A stretch of DNA of 63,908 nt, the filler included, from Octopus bimaculoides (Eukaryota): the NCBI RefSeq assembly GCF_001194135.2. It is 6 parts of 4 records of this genome, joined end to end, with 100 filler letters (N's around TTAATTAATTAA, not from the genome) between each part and the next. Parts side by side here need not be neighbours in the genome. Positions count along the whole stretch, not along the records: positions 1 to 17,227 come from NC_068981.1; 5 more parts are not named here. One strand, 5' to 3'. The position numbers were made by a program, and so were the translations under genes. The notes beneath the pieces are model-generated. The model was not told where the DNA came from and made no database searches. It was given only the letters and a program-made list of their open reading frames with translations. Numbering within the stretch: the stretch's first letter is position 1; each line of letters begins with the position of its first letter. Positions 1-13,340 of this stretch are shown here, piece after piece.

Positions 1-720
1 CGGTTGCTGTTTTGATGACGTTCTTAGAAATTTCTTTTTGTGTGCGCGTGCAGTTTTCATTCTTTTTCTTCTCTAGCGTTCCAAGGCTAGGGAAGTGATA
101 TTCAAAGAACGGACTGGAACAGCGTTCGACATGTTTCCAAATGCCGAGAAAAAATTTATATTTCGACAGGGCTGGAACTGCCCCTAGGGGCCAATTCCTC
201 CCTTCGAAAAAATATACAAATGAAGCTTGGGTGCTTCACACAGATTATATGAAAAATTTTTTAACAAATGTGGGCAATATAAGGTCAAAAAAATGTTTAC
301 CTCTGCAGCCGATGTAACAGCACGTCCGTCAGAAGAGATAGATAGATAGATAGATTGAGAAAGTGCGATAGAAATAGAGACAGAGGTGACAAGAAAAGGG
401 ACAGACAGAGAGAAAGAGATACATAATGTATTAATTGAACACAACTGACATAAGGACTTTCCCTCTCTTCATACATATAAAGAGAAATATACTCACACAC
501 ATAAACAGGAAGAGAGAAAGACAGAAAGAGGGGGACAACAAGAGAAACAGTAACATGTCTGATGTCAAATAAGCCAGCATCAAAGAGGTGGTATCAAAAC
601 AGCTGTGTCAAAACATTTCATATCCAAGTAATGCTGAAATCCTTTAACATCATAATCACATCCTCCTATCATTTTTCAAATGCAGCTCAATAATTACTCC
701 ATACCCCATCCCTACATTAA

Positions 721-934
721 CCTTTAGCACTTAAACCAGCCATATCTAGCCCAAAATATTCTACATATTTTATGTGCAAAGAAGCTGGATCAGGCCTCTC
801 ACACATACCAGACAGTGTCATTACAAAATGTAAGCAATCATGTCATCAAAGCTATAAGACGATACATGACTAATTCAAAACAATGTGAATAAATAGGCAT
901 TATATTTTGACACAGTAATCTGAATGCTAAAGAG
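721..934. mobile_element. piggyBac-type MITE, family 1
   Basis: TTAA on both sides (717-720, 935-938). Ends CCTTTAGCAC...ATGCTAAAGAG form imperfect TIRs. The same ~215-225 bp element recurs at 31872, 35635 and 47745. Confidence 0.75.
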
Positions 935-959
935 TTAATCATCTCAAAACCAACTCCCT

Positions 960-1320
960 AATTATCAGTTATATCAAAGAACATCAAATGCAAACTACAC
1001 CCATCACAATCAATAATATAAACATACCAAACACACAGAAGACAAACATAATAGTTTTACCTACAACATTTCCACCATATTCTCAACATATATAGAAGAT
1101 AATAAAGAAAACAAAGAGATGGATGGATACATTAAGAGCACTTAGAACATAGACACACTAAGAGTGCTCCATATATTTAGTCAATACAGTGAAACAATAA
1201 CGCTAATGTACAAACAATGTATGAGATCTGGTATGGATTATTTCAATCCTACCTTCTCTCTACCTAACATCTCCATAACAGAGATAATAAACTACAAAGG
1301 AAACACAAGCCGATGAGGGA
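960..1320 (+). mobile_element. Decayed non-LTR retrotransposon RT C-terminal fragment
   Basis: Frameshifted translation gives NNINIPNTQKTNII...KIIKKTKRWMDTLRAL...MYKQCMRSGMDYFNPTF, resembling the post-YADD region of LINE RTs (LYKxxIRSxLDY). Clade not determinable. Confidence 0.45.
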
Positions 1321-2059
1321 GCCTTTATGTGATTGTCCAGTATACTAGAAACAACAACTAAATCTCTGTCAAAAATTAAATTTATCCCATCAGGGTTCAG
1401 CCTAACATGCTCATTAGATAATGTAGTCCTAGATGTACGAAAAGATAGGAGGATCATGATAGGAATGTCTCTGATCAAAGTTGTGTTGGATCAGAGCTAA
1501 CACAGGCAAAATAACTACAGTGGTGTTGGCAGTGGTGACAAAGGTAATGCTAAAAACAACAAGAAATAAGAAGTACATAAAACAAGACACTTCCCATAAT
1601 TCCAATGTGCACACAGACCACCTATACTACAAATTGACATACTAAAAATTAGAAATTAAAATTCACCAGGGAGGAGAACAGTTACTGCTAAGGAAACTCT
1701 TGACTCAGCCATTACTATGACAACATCGTTGCTATCATTTAGAGCAGGGGATTTTGGAAACTGTTGATCATTTGACCTAATAGAAATAACAGTCAAATCT
1801 TCCTCAAAACACTCCTTACACTCTTAAATAAAGATAAGTGGTATCTAGATGACAGTCTAAATCAGATATTTTTTGAAAATGTTACTTGACAATCTAATTC
1901 AGATGTTTCAACATAAAAATAAATATTTAGATCTAGGTCAGCTCTGAATGAGAAGACATGATCAAAGCATTCCAATTGAGATCATCCCATCTGTTTTTAA
2001 GACAAAAATTTATCCTAGACTACATCATCCTATGTCTTTTTTCTTATAAAATAGTTTAT

Positions 2060-2425
2060 GGTACCATATAAAAAAACACATGTGCAAGTGCCACATAAAA
2101 AGCACTCACGCTGGTGTCATGTAATGGGTACCTCTGCCAGCACTATGTATAAAGCATCCGTCCTGTGGTGCCACATAAAAAGCACCAGTGTGGGACATGT
2201 AAAAGGCACCCTTCCCAACCCATGTGAAAAGCACCTGTGATGGTGCCATGGACAGAAGCACCTGTGTCAGCACTGCACACTGTAAATGGTTGGTACTAGC
2301 AGAAGAATCCAGCTGTAGAAACCAAGCCAAATCAGACTGGAACCTGGTGCAGCTCTTGAGTTTGCCAGCTCTGGCCAAACCATTCAATTCTTGCCAGCAT
2401 GGAAAACTGACATTAAATGATGATA

Positions 2426-2463
<38 letters not shown>

Positions 2464-2465
2464 AT
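2060..2465 (+). mobile_element. RTE-type 3' tail repeat with (GAT)n tail
   Basis: AAAAGCACC subrepeats, CCAGCTGTAGAAAC, and CATGCCAGCATGGAAAA-like ..TTAAATGATGATGAT end, shared with more than 15 copies in the window. Confidence 0.7.
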
Positions 2466-2579
2466 AATGGTTTGAATAAGAAATTTTTCATGAATATTTC
2501 TTTGAGCTGCAACTCAAATTGTCATCATCCTCATTTTTACGTTCACTTTTTTTCATATTTGCATGGGTTGGATTAAACT

Positions 2580-2810
2580 TATTAAGGCAGTGTTCTATGC
2601 CAGGATTAAGTTACAAGCTGGCAGAATCATTAACACATCAGACAAAATATTTAGAAGCATTCCTTCTGTTTTTTTCGTTCTGAGTTCAAATTCCACCAAG
2701 GTGGACTTTGCCTTTCATCCTTTAAGAATCAATAAAATAAGTACTAGTCAATGCAATCAACTTTCCCCCTCCACTTGAAAATGCTGGCCTTGTGCCAAAA
2801 TTTGAAACCA
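2580..2810 (+). mobile_element. tRNA-derived SINE family B
   Basis: TGGCAGAATCATTA A-box-like motif, GAGTTCAAATTCC B box, and the GACTTTGCCTTTCATCC body shared with many copies. Confidence 0.75.
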
Positions 2811-5019
2811 TTCTATGGTTGGATGTCCTTCTTGTTGGATTATCATCTGATGTTTTTAAGAATTTCTGATACATACTGTTATCTTCAGAATATCCAACAT
2901 TGAGATTCATTAGATAAAGTAATCGTACACATTCCTAAAAAATGACTGGATAATCATGGCTAGAATGCCTTTAATCATAGATCTGCTTGACCAGGACAAA
3001 CCTGGAGCTAAACAACAGTAACTGACTCTATAAAGAGCATCAGCATCAGTATTCCTTAATCTCAGGTACACAATCCAAATTTTGCTTGCAAAGTCTTTCA
3101 GTGGGTTGCAAAGTAATTTTTGAAAGTTTTGACATTTGATCAGCCTCTTCCTCCTCCTCCTGTCCCTCTTATTCTTTATCATTTTTTTCTTTCTCAATGT
3201 CCATCTTTCATACTGGTATGAATTAGATGGTTTGATAGGGTCTGATGGGTGTCATGCTTCAGAGTCTGTTTTGACATAGTTTCTATGGCTGGATGCCCTT
3301 CATAATGCCAACCACTTAACAGGATTTACTCGGTACTTATTTTTTTATGATATTAGTGCTAGTGAGGTTGCCATGAAGTGTGCAAGACTAAGATAAACTT
3401 TGAGTGAGTGGAGTTACCACAGAGAGAGAAGTGGTTGTTATGCTAAGGGATGAGAGGTTAAAGTATGAAAGAAGGGGCTGGAGCAGGTTTGTTGTTGTGG
3501 AGGAGCCTTATGGCTATGCAGAGTATAGAAGAGGGTGTGGGAATAACCAGGATGGAGATGGAGAGTTAAAATAGGGATGAGATAAAATAGTGGTGATTGA
3601 AAGTGAAAAATATTTTGAGCTGTGTTACTGCTACATATGACTACTTCTTCTTCTTCTACATCATCACCGTTGTTGTCATCATTTTAATGTCCACTTTTCC
3701 ATGATTGCATAGGTAGGATGGAATTTGATGTGGATATTCTACAGCCAGATGCCCTTCCTGTCACCAACCCTCACCCGATTCCAGATAAGGTAATGTTTCC
3801 CTATCACCAGACATGTCACAGAAAACTGAAAACAAAGAACACCACTTACATGATTGTGACGCTCACTTACAGCAATCTCGTGATGTCAAGGAGACAATAA
3901 AACACACACACACACAATGGGCTTCTTTCAGTTTCTGTCTATCAAATCTACTTGACTCGACGCTATATTAAACACTTGCCCAAAATGCTACACAGTGGGA
4001 CTGAACCTGAAACCGTGTGACTGGAAAACAAACTTCTTGTGACACATCCATGCCCATGCCTCAGTAATCGTGCTATTTGGTAAACACTAGAAATCTGTCT
4101 ACTTCTTTGATTCCAAAATAATGAACAGGAAATTACAGTTAAAAATTCATCAAAATATGAGCAGCCAGAATAATAAGGCAAAAGTTGACTTTGTATTTGT
4201 TGGTGTCTTTATTTCTTGTTTTTAATGTTTAACCTATAACATATATTGTTAATGTCTATTTTTTATATGCATAACTGATTGATTTCTTTAAATATATATA
4301 TTTAAAAGAAAAATACTCTGAAATGATGATAAATAAACTTTTATTTGCAAAGAAGTGAAGTGTACAAATTTTTTTCTGTAATGCAGGCATCAGTGGCGTC
4401 TGCAACTCCTAATAAAATATATATGACTAACATTATCTGGTATTTTTTAATAAGGATTTGGCATCATTGTTGTTGTTATTGTCGTCGTTGTTATCATCAT
4501 CACCATCACCACCACCACCACCATCATCATCATTTAACATCCACTTTTCCATGCTTGCGTGAGTCAGGCAGAATTTGTTGAGGTAGATTTCCTATGGTTG
4601 GGTGTTCTTTCTATCACCAACCCTCAGCTGCTTTGGAGCAAGGTAATATTTCCCCATGGTCAAACACGTTCCACAGAAAACTGGATACAAAGTACCATGC
4701 AGTGGAATTGAACCCGAGACCATATGGTTGGGAAGCAAGTTTCATAGCTACAGAACCACACCTGCACAATTGAGTTATTGGTTTATTATGTAAAATTAAT
4801 ATGGCAACATTGTTGTGTAGCTTCTTTACTAATCTCAAAGTCGAAAGCAAATATGTGACAAATGGAACTGCCAAGGCTTGTCTCATTTAAATTTATTTTG
4901 CAGGTATATTATTACGTTATACTAAGCCTTATTTTAGTAAAAATTTCTTTAATATATAACAGCTAATTGTTATAGCCCATAATGTCAAAATGTGAATATA
5001 AAGACAAATTTTTAAAATT

Positions 5020-5235
5020 GATTTCAAATTTTGGCACAAGGACAGCAATTTTTGGGAAGAAGTAAGTCAATTACATTGACCCTGGTGCCCAACTGGTGCT
5101 TATTTTATTGACCCCAAAAGAATGAAAAGCAAAGCCAACCTCAGCAGAACTTGAACTCAGATTGTAAAAGACGGATGAAATGCTGCTAAGTATTTTCACC
5201 TGGCGTGCTAACAATTCTGCCAGCTTGCTGGCTTA
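5020..5235 (-). mobile_element. tRNA-derived SINE family B
   Basis: Reverse complement of the family B body (GGATGAAATGCTGCTAAG, GAACTTGAACTCAG). Confidence 0.7.
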
Positions 5236-5249
5236 CAAATTTTGAATAT

Positions 5250-7340
5250 TCTGTTTTTCATAACTGAACAATAAATGGGCAAACCTCAGTGTGTATGTTG
5301 TGAAGTGTTAAGATTCAGTGAAGAACAACATACTTAATAAGCATTTGGGGATGAAACAGGTATTTTGTCAGAAGAAGAGTATTTGAAAGAAGAGTACAAG
5401 GTAGTAGATGCCAACAACTGGGTAGTTCAAAGAATGATACTATACCCAAGTAACTAAAGCTATAAAAAATAATTTCAAATTTTTGGCACAAGGCCAGCAG
5501 TTTTGGGGAAGGGGGCGCATTGACCTCAGTGGTCAATTAGTACTTATTTTATCGACTTCAAAAGGATGAAAGGCAAAGTTGACCTCAGAACACAAAGACA
5601 GACAAAATGTCACTAAGCACTTTGTCTGTTGTGCTAACGATTCTGCCAGCTTGCCACCTTGATAAAGCTAAAATAATAGCATGTAAATATTAAGTTTACA
5701 AAAATCTGTGAATGAAAAAGTCAAAGCTGCCTGTTGGATTTGAACCCACAATTTCTATAAACATGACATTCTACCATTGGATCAAAACAATCCTTCAAAT
5801 TTCTTTATCGATTTTAATAGCTTTGTTCTTTCCAGTGAGAAGTGTATGTTGTTTACATCCCAAGAATTTACAAACTTTGAGAGACATGAAATATTTAGGT
5901 TTTAACTGTGGAACTTGAAGTAGATAAAGCTTTAAATGATAGTGCGTCAATAGTGAGTTGGAAAAACCCTTTGGATATCAAAAATTGAAGATTGCCTGTG
6001 TCACAAAACAAAGCAAAACTATATTACTGCATACTATGTTTCATTGGGCATAGCAAAATCTAAGAAACCCTATACAATTGGAGAGGGCTTTGTAAAACTA
6101 ACAGCCATTGATATGGTCTGCATTACATGTGAAGATAATGTTGCAAACAAGTTGCAGGATATTCCATCATCAGATGATATGATCTATAATCATATTGATG
6201 TTATTTTGAAAGATCTTAAACAACAATTGATTTCTGAAATATAAGCAAGGGTAGTTTTAGTAATCAGTTGGATAAATTAACATACATGTGAGTAAACATA
6301 TCCAATGTGAGGTATCCAATGGCTGGTTTATGGGTAACTTTCTAGTGAAAAAAGGTATGGAAGATGAGTTTTTATTCTGCAAACCATTTTCTACTTCAAC
6401 AACTGAAAGTGGTATTTTTTAAAAAAGTCAGTTCCATTATTAGTAGAAAGTAATAAAGCTGGGATGAATGTATGCAGCAATGATGTGCCAGGAATGCTTG
6501 GAGCCAGTGAGTTTTGTGAAATAATAAGGGAAATTAAATTTCATGTTCAAATTGTTCAATGTTTTTATATTGAGAGAAAATTTTGCTTCAGAAAGTATAT
6601 AATTGAAATTGGGTTTCAAAACGAATGATACCATTTAAATCGTAAATTTTATAAGTAGAAAAAAATCTTTTGATGAATTTAACTTTTGTTTGTCAACTGG
6701 ATATGAATAAGAATATTTGCTATGTAATTCAGAAATGGTTGGTTATCTTGTGAAAAAGTTCTGCCGAGAGTTATATCACTATAAAATAAAGGCGATCAAC
6801 CCTTAAATTCAAAATTTCCAGATACCTAGGGGAAACTTCTGTTAGTTTATATTTCCCATAATTTTTCTAAATGGAATGATTTAAATATTCCTCTACAAGG
6901 CTATGATCAAGCAATTATTGGTTTCGTGCAGAAAATGTGCTTAAAGAAAAGCTCAAGGAAAATGATGGAAAAACTATGTCGTTTCTAGCATTCAATAGAT
7001 GATTACAATAATAATTTTAATGACAGAATATTTTCAGTAAAAATAATAACAGAATTGAATTTACTCCATTTCTATGAAAATATCAAATCAGTGCCTTTTG
7101 TTGAATGTTATTGAAGGAAAACCAATTGTTGAAAATGAAACAGCAAAAGAACTTCTTCCATTTGCTATAATACATCTATGCAAATTGGGGGTTTGAATCT
7201 GATTAGATGCATAAACCTAGCTAAGAAACAAGCTGCAACTGAAAGATGACTTAAGAATCAGCTTATTATAAATGAAACTTAGACTGGAAGAGTTTCCTAA
7301 ATTTCTCCAAAGTAAAAATTCTCATAAAATTGTATAAATG
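5250..7340 (+). pseudogene. hAT Charlie/Buster (ZBED5/FAM200-like) transposase fossil, interrupted by a SINE at about 5470-5660
   Basis: Collinear peptide remnants: KPQCVCCEVL; IAKSKKPYTIGEGFVK..IPSSDDMIYNHID (ORF 6044-6244); EDEFLFCKPFSTSTTESGIF; VCSNDVPGMLG; WLSCEKVL-like; IFSKWNDLNIPLQG. Many stops and frameshifts. Confidence 0.85.
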
Positions 7341-7999
7341 CGCATATTATATCATGTAAGAATATGAAAAATGAAAACATTACTGTAAACTGAGGGAATG
7401 GTGAGCATATAGAGAGTTAGCATATTGGAGCATGATGTTTAAGTTATGAATCCAACTATTTTCTGATTAATAACCTAAATCTTTATATAATATTTTAAAA
7501 TTCCATGGTGTCTTTTTACAATATTGAATGTTACTAAATTGCCACAAGCCAAGCTATTAAATGGTGAATGTTAGGCCATGCTCCGTTTATGCATAGAAAA
7601 CTTAAATAATTTTCACGAGGCTTATCAATATCTACTTTCATAAAATAAATGGCTTTGGAATATAAATTTTGTAAGTCTCTATAACAGTAAATTTAATAGA
7701 CTATTCTCAGTTGCAGATTCAGTTTTCGAGCAATAAAATTTAATTTTCAATATTTGGTAGAGTTACAGAGAAAATCAGGTGAAATCATCCACCATTTTGC
7801 CATAAAATGGGAAAATAGCAAATCACTAAATACAGAAAAAACAGCATCACTTCCTTAATTAAATACTAAATTACTTCTCACTATAATTACTCATCTATTA
7901 AATACATTAAAAACCAACCTATAGTGAATAGGATGGATACAAGTTATTATTGTTCTTTTTTCATTTTAGGATATTTTTATTTCAATTTTTGGCTTACTA

Positions 8000-8660
8000 T
8001 GTTTGAAATTGTAACTTGTTGGGTTGCTAGGCAAAGAGATTAAATACCACTACTTGTCATAGTTATTTGACCTGACAGAAATAGCTGCCAAATTGCCATC
8101 TTAAATAAGCTTGAATACACAATGTCTGAATTAAAAAAAAGATCAGACAATCATGCCTGGATTGCTTTTGATTATTGGACAATTAGCAACAGGTCTATCA
8201 TAGGTCTGATCAATCAAGAATGACTGAGGTTAAAGAACCATAGAAACAGCAATAACAATAACAACACAAAGGAGTCTCAATGTAGTTATTCATCCTACCA
8301 GAAATGGTAGTCGAATCTCACTTAAATTATGCTCTACTATTGTAAAATAAAAGGCCATGTTGAATGATGTGATCTTAGATACAAAGTATCTGAAAAACAA
8401 AAAAAGATGTAATGTTCATGGCTGGAATGTGCTTTGAACATAAGTCTGCTTGATCAGAGCTGGTATGGGGCTGAACAACTCCTGCTAAGAGTCTCAATGT
8501 AGTCACTTGATCTGGTAAAAACAATAGCCAAATCTCCTTCAAATAACATCTTACCATCTTAAAAAAACAGAGTATATGCGAAAACAAACAGAAAAGTCAT
8601 AACTGTAACACTTTTGGTCAAGGATCTACTGGATCAGAGTTGACCTGTAACTAAACAGCA
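8000..8660 (+). repeat. Tandem copies of unclassified dispersed repeat family E
   Basis: Repeated motif AATAGCAGCCAAAT..CCATCTTAAA....GATCAG..CTGAC....AAACAAC. Related copies near 1320-1500, 1680-1830, 15200-15270, 22660-22830, 33700-33800 and 49440-49600. Confidence 0.55.
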
Positions 8661-9405
8661 AAAACAGCAACTGTGACCATCACCACCATCATCATTGTCA
8701 GCGTCACCAACAGTGTTTCTAATAAACAAAATCTACAATATTTTATTCCTTGTCACCATCACATGCTACAGTATTTGGGTCAAAGTTATTTGTGGAGCTG
8801 ATGGTGGTTGTGATAAGGAGAGGAGGAATATATAACTGCACTGGTTCTTGTTTGTTATTTCTTAATCACTTCATCATATTTTTCTTGCTTTTGGTTGTTG
8901 ATTGAATTTGATGCTGACCATCTTCTTCAGTTGTGGATCATTTGATGACTGCACATCTCAATCCATTATTTTTCAATTATAGCTCCTTCTTAAAAAGCAA
9001 TAGTAACACAAGACACAGCTGCATGGGTGTGAGTGGAGAATTGCAACTGCTGCACCTATCATGTGCCCTTATGACTAAAGAAATTACTGAAGAAGTGGTA
9101 TTTCATCATATCACAGATGTGTGTGATATCCCAACTGCCACAGCACCAAGGTCTATCCCTGAGATCAAACATTCATGAGTCACAGTGTGGGAGAATGTAC
9201 AAGAACTTTAAAGCTTTGTATTGAAGCTGGGATACACACTTCCCAGTATCACTATCTTCACCACAAAGAAGATAGATCCACTTGTAATGGAGACTCCAAA
9301 CAATTCGTTCTTTTCAGGGTTGATGAAATAAAGTATCACTCTATTACTGAGTTCAATGCAATCAACTAATTCACTCCACCAAATTACTACCTTCATTTGT
9401 ACAAC

Positions 9406-9442
<37 letters not shown>

Positions 9443-9517
9443 GTTGTTGTTATTATTATTGCTATTATTATTACCAGCGTCGCCTTACTGGCACTGAAAC
9501 AATATATATATATATAT

Positions 9518-10121
9518 ATAAAGTAAAGTCTATTTGCCAACGTAAAGAGGCAGTCCTGATTAAAATGGTGTTACTACCTTTTTTCAGCCCCAGGAAAACA
9601 TCTTTTCCAGCTGGCTATCGACACACAACTGCATCCTTATACCTCAAACAAGGGACCAAATGTCTCCCCTCAGCCTTAAACAGTACCTGTGGACCAATGG
9701 TTTCTGGGTTATTTCTCTTCATTGGCACAGGATAACCATTGGCTAGAGGTGGTAGCACTAGGCCTTGCTTGAGGTATATAGTTTTAAAGTGACACACAGT
9801 CAAGACCTGGTAAGAAGGAAAACAATTAGTTTTAAATCTCTGAGTGAGTTGTGTGTTGATAGCTAACTGAAAAAAGATGTTTTCCTGGGGCTAAAAACGA
9901 TAGTAACACCATCCTAATCAGGACTGCCACTTTATAATGGCAAATAGACTTTACTCTATTTACTCTGAGTGAGGACATTAGCTCCCTTGTTCGAGGTATA
10001 AGGATGCAGTTGTGTGTCGATAGCCAGCTGGAAAGGATGTTTTTCTGGGGCTAAAAAAGGTAGTGATACTATCCTAATTAGGACTGCCTCTTTACATTGG
10101 CAAATAGACTTTACTCTGTAA
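9518..10121. mobile_element. MITE with ~150 bp terminal inverted repeats (Tc1/mariner-type ends)
   Basis: 9521-9680 is the reverse complement of 9965-10117. The right end reads CTTTACTCTG followed by TA. An extra partial arm lies at 9845-9957. Confidence 0.75.
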
Positions 10122-10999
10122 TACTATTACTACTTATTTCTCACTCAGAGATTTAAAACTAATTATATTTCTCCTTATACATATATACATATGTATATTT
10201 ATGCATGTGCACGTGCAACTGTTTTTGCTCCCCCACCATCACTTGACAATTAACGTTAGTGCATTTATGTCCCTGTAACCTAGCAGTTTAGCAAAAGAGC
10301 CCGATAGAATAAGTACTAGGCTTACAAAGAATAAGTCCTGGGGTCAATTTCTTCGACTAACAATCCTTTAAGGTGGTGCTCCAGCATAACTGCAGTCAAA
10401 TGACTGACACAAGTAAAAGAATAAATGAATAAAAGAATGAGCACTGGGGTTAATTTGTTTGATTAGAACCCTTCAAGGTAGTGCTCCAGCATGACCAGAA
10501 TCCAACAACTGAAAGGGGATAAAAGATTGTCTTTAAATCATAAAGCGTACTACACTGTCATACATTTAGATTATAGCTACGATATTGGCAAGGGATACAA
10601 AGACTTGATAAAATAAATTTTCCTCAGTAATAAAAGCTTAAAAGTAAGAAAATCTTATTAAAAGTAATAGAATCTTATCAAATTTTAAATAGTTTTAATT
10701 TCTGTTATCTAAATGAATTTAAGCGAAAAAGATAAGCTTGATTGGTGTTCGTTATGATTTTTGTAAATCTAGATTTTATCTGAGATATTATAACTCTATT
10801 CTTACATTACTGCATTTAAGTTTTATATTTCTTATTGACTTGTCATATACACACATATAAACTCAAACACGCACATACACACACACACGCGTGTGCACGC
10901 ACACACTCGTTTATATATTTTCGAATTCTGTATAGATGTCAGAAAAGCATTCTTGTTAACCTGCAGACCTTTTGGGGTAAGTAAAGTGAATCATTAAAA

Positions 11000-11590
11000 A
11001 CAACACCTGGCAGAGTTGGTTGGAGTTAAGAGAAGGATTTTGAGTTCAGTCCCAGGCTGACCAAAGTCTTGTGAGTGAATTTGGTAGATGGAAACTGATA
11101 TATGAGCATGTGTGCATGTGTGTGTGTGTGTTCATGTTTGTGTCCTGATAACCACAGCTTGACAGCCAGTGTTGGTTTGTTTACAGTCCTGCAGTTTAGC
11201 AGTTTGGCAGAAGAAACTGATAAAATAAGTATCAGACTGCAAAAATAAGCAGTGGGATCAACTTGACTGACTAAATCATTAAGGATGGGATCTCATCATA
11301 GCTGCAGTCTAATGACTGAAACCAGGGATGAGGTAAAAACCTGTAAGTGTGTATATGTATATGAGTATGTGTGTGTGTTTGTCCCCCCCCTCCCCCACCA
11401 CCACCACTAGACAACTAGTGTTGGTGCGTATATGCTTTTGTGACTTAGCAGTTCGGTAAAAAAAAAAGACTGATAAAATAATGACTAGGCAAAAAAGAAA
11501 AATACTGGGGTTGATTTGTTTGACTAAAATTCTTTAAGGCAGTGCCCCAGCATGGCTGCAGTCTAATGACTGAAGCAAGTAAAAGATAAA
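11000..11590 (+). mobile_element. tRNA-derived SINE family A, two adjacent copies or fragments
   Basis: GGATTTGGTAGATGGAAACTG-like core, internal (TG)n, and GCAGTCTAATGACTGAA..AAGTAAAAG tail. Confidence 0.65.
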
Positions 11591-11689
11591 TGGTGTGTGT
11601 GTGTGCATGCATGCGTGTGTGCATGCATGCGTGTGTGCATGCCATTTTTCATCACCATCATTTTTATGGTCGCTTTTCCATACTTGAAT

Positions 11690-12165
11690 GAACTGGATGA
11701 GTTTTTCCTAACAACATTTCACCATTTGTTATAGCCCTTTGTCATCTTCTTTGTGAGGTTCAGCCTCTTGAGATTAGCTTTCATCACTTCTTCCAATGCC
11801 TTCCTTTTCCACATAATCCTTCCAGTTGACAACTCTTTACTCAACTTGTCATTCTCTACACACATCACATATCCTTACCACTACTGTCATTCTTTCTTTC
11901 ATACTACATATAATTGTCTTCTAACCAGTCTTTTTCTCAGCTCATTTCAGTACAGTCATTTATGCATCCTAACATGCCATGCTTACTTTATTTCTTTCCA
12001 GCTTTCACACACATCCTTCACATTCATTGCCCATATTTTGCTACCGTGCAACATCACACTGTGTGCACAAGCATTATACAATCTGTCCATCACTTGTTGG
12101 AGAGAGAATTCCCTCATTGCCAGCAGAGGTAATAACAGAGCTTTTTCGACCTCATTCTTACTCTG
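11690..12165 (-). mobile_element. RTE-clade LINE, 3' coding fragment
   Basis: ORF 11983-12246 includes LLPLLAMREFSL..VMDRLYNACAHSVMLHGSKIWAMNVKD, matching RTE post-RT motif LYxACVRxxMLHGSETW. Confidence 0.75.
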
Positions 12166-12190
12166 TGTGCACATATGTGCATGCATGTGT

Positions 12191-12236
<46 letters not shown>

Positions 12237-12509
12237 GTGCATGCATCTTTCACCAATGTACACTGATAAAAGATGTCAATATCAGTGAGAAGACATTAAC
12301 TGGAGTTTTAAATTAAACAACTTATATTCATATCACAATATGTGTGTGCATGAGAGTATGTGGGTGTGTATGTGAGTGAGTATGCATGCATGTGGGTGTG
12401 CGTGTATTTATATGTATATATGACGGACTCTCCTATTGAAGATCATGTGTGTATGAGTGTTCAGTGAGAAAACAGAAAAAAGAAAAAAAGAAATATATAC
12501 ATATATAAC

Positions 12510-12807
12510 AAAGATGTGGGAGTGTGGCTGAGAATTCCACTTCCCAACTACATGGTTTTAGGTTCAATAAATACACACACATGTATATATGTTCAGGTGT
12601 GGTTGTATGGTATGAAGGTTGCTTCCCAACTACCTGGCTCCAGGTTCAGTCTCACAGTGTGGCAACTTGAGCAAGTGTCTTTAACTGTAGCCACAGGTCA
12701 ACCAAAGCCTTGTGAGTGGATTTGGTAGATGGAAACTGAAAGATGCCAGTTGTATATCTATCTATCTATCATCTATCTATCTTTCTATCTTTCTATTTAT
12801 CTATCTA

Positions 12808-12887
<80 letters not shown>

Positions 12888-12891
12888 GATC

Positions 12892-12923
<32 letters not shown>

Positions 12924-13110
12924 CGTGTGTCTGTGTTTGTCCCCCACTACCACTTGAAACTGGTGTTGGCATATTGACATTTCCATAAACTAGCAGTTCA
13001 GCAAAAGAGAATGATAGAATAAACACCAGGCTTAACAAAAAGATAAATACTGGAGTTGAGTAATTTGATTAAAAATTCTTCAAGGCAGTACCTCAGCATG
13101 ACAGCAGTCT
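12510..13110 (+). mobile_element. tRNA-derived SINE family A with duplicated head and expanded internal (TATC)n/(TG)n
   Basis: Two head-like segments (12510-12590 and 12595 onward), CTTGAGCAAGTGTCTT core, microsatellite 12750-12930, family A tail. Confidence 0.7.
12750..12890. repeat. (TATC)n microsatellite
   Basis: Directly visible tandem repeat. Confidence 0.95.
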
Positions 13111-13116
13111 AATACA

Positions 13117-13159
<43 letters not shown>

Positions 13160-13300
13160 GCAAGTGGCATATTTCCATAGTTTGCATCTACCAAATCCAC
13201 TTGCATTGGTCAGCTTAAGGTGCCACACAGTGAGACAGAACCCAAGACCATGTTGTAACAAAGCAAACTGTATCCATACAATCATGTCTGCACACACACA

Positions 13301-13340
<40 letters not shown>

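Noticed and set aside
131-223. ATG TTT CCA AAT (MFPN), the same first four residues as human GLD2
   Set aside because: The frame stops after 30 codons with no donor site, and the GLD2 N-terminus is not conserved at this distance. Likely coincidence.
7646-7665. NGFG peptide as a possible GLD2 catalytic exon
   Set aside because: No upstream GSS, an in-frame stop follows, and there is no SDxD.
11753-12316. 187 aa + strand ORF
   Set aside because: Antisense of the RTE fragment plus a (TG)n repeat.
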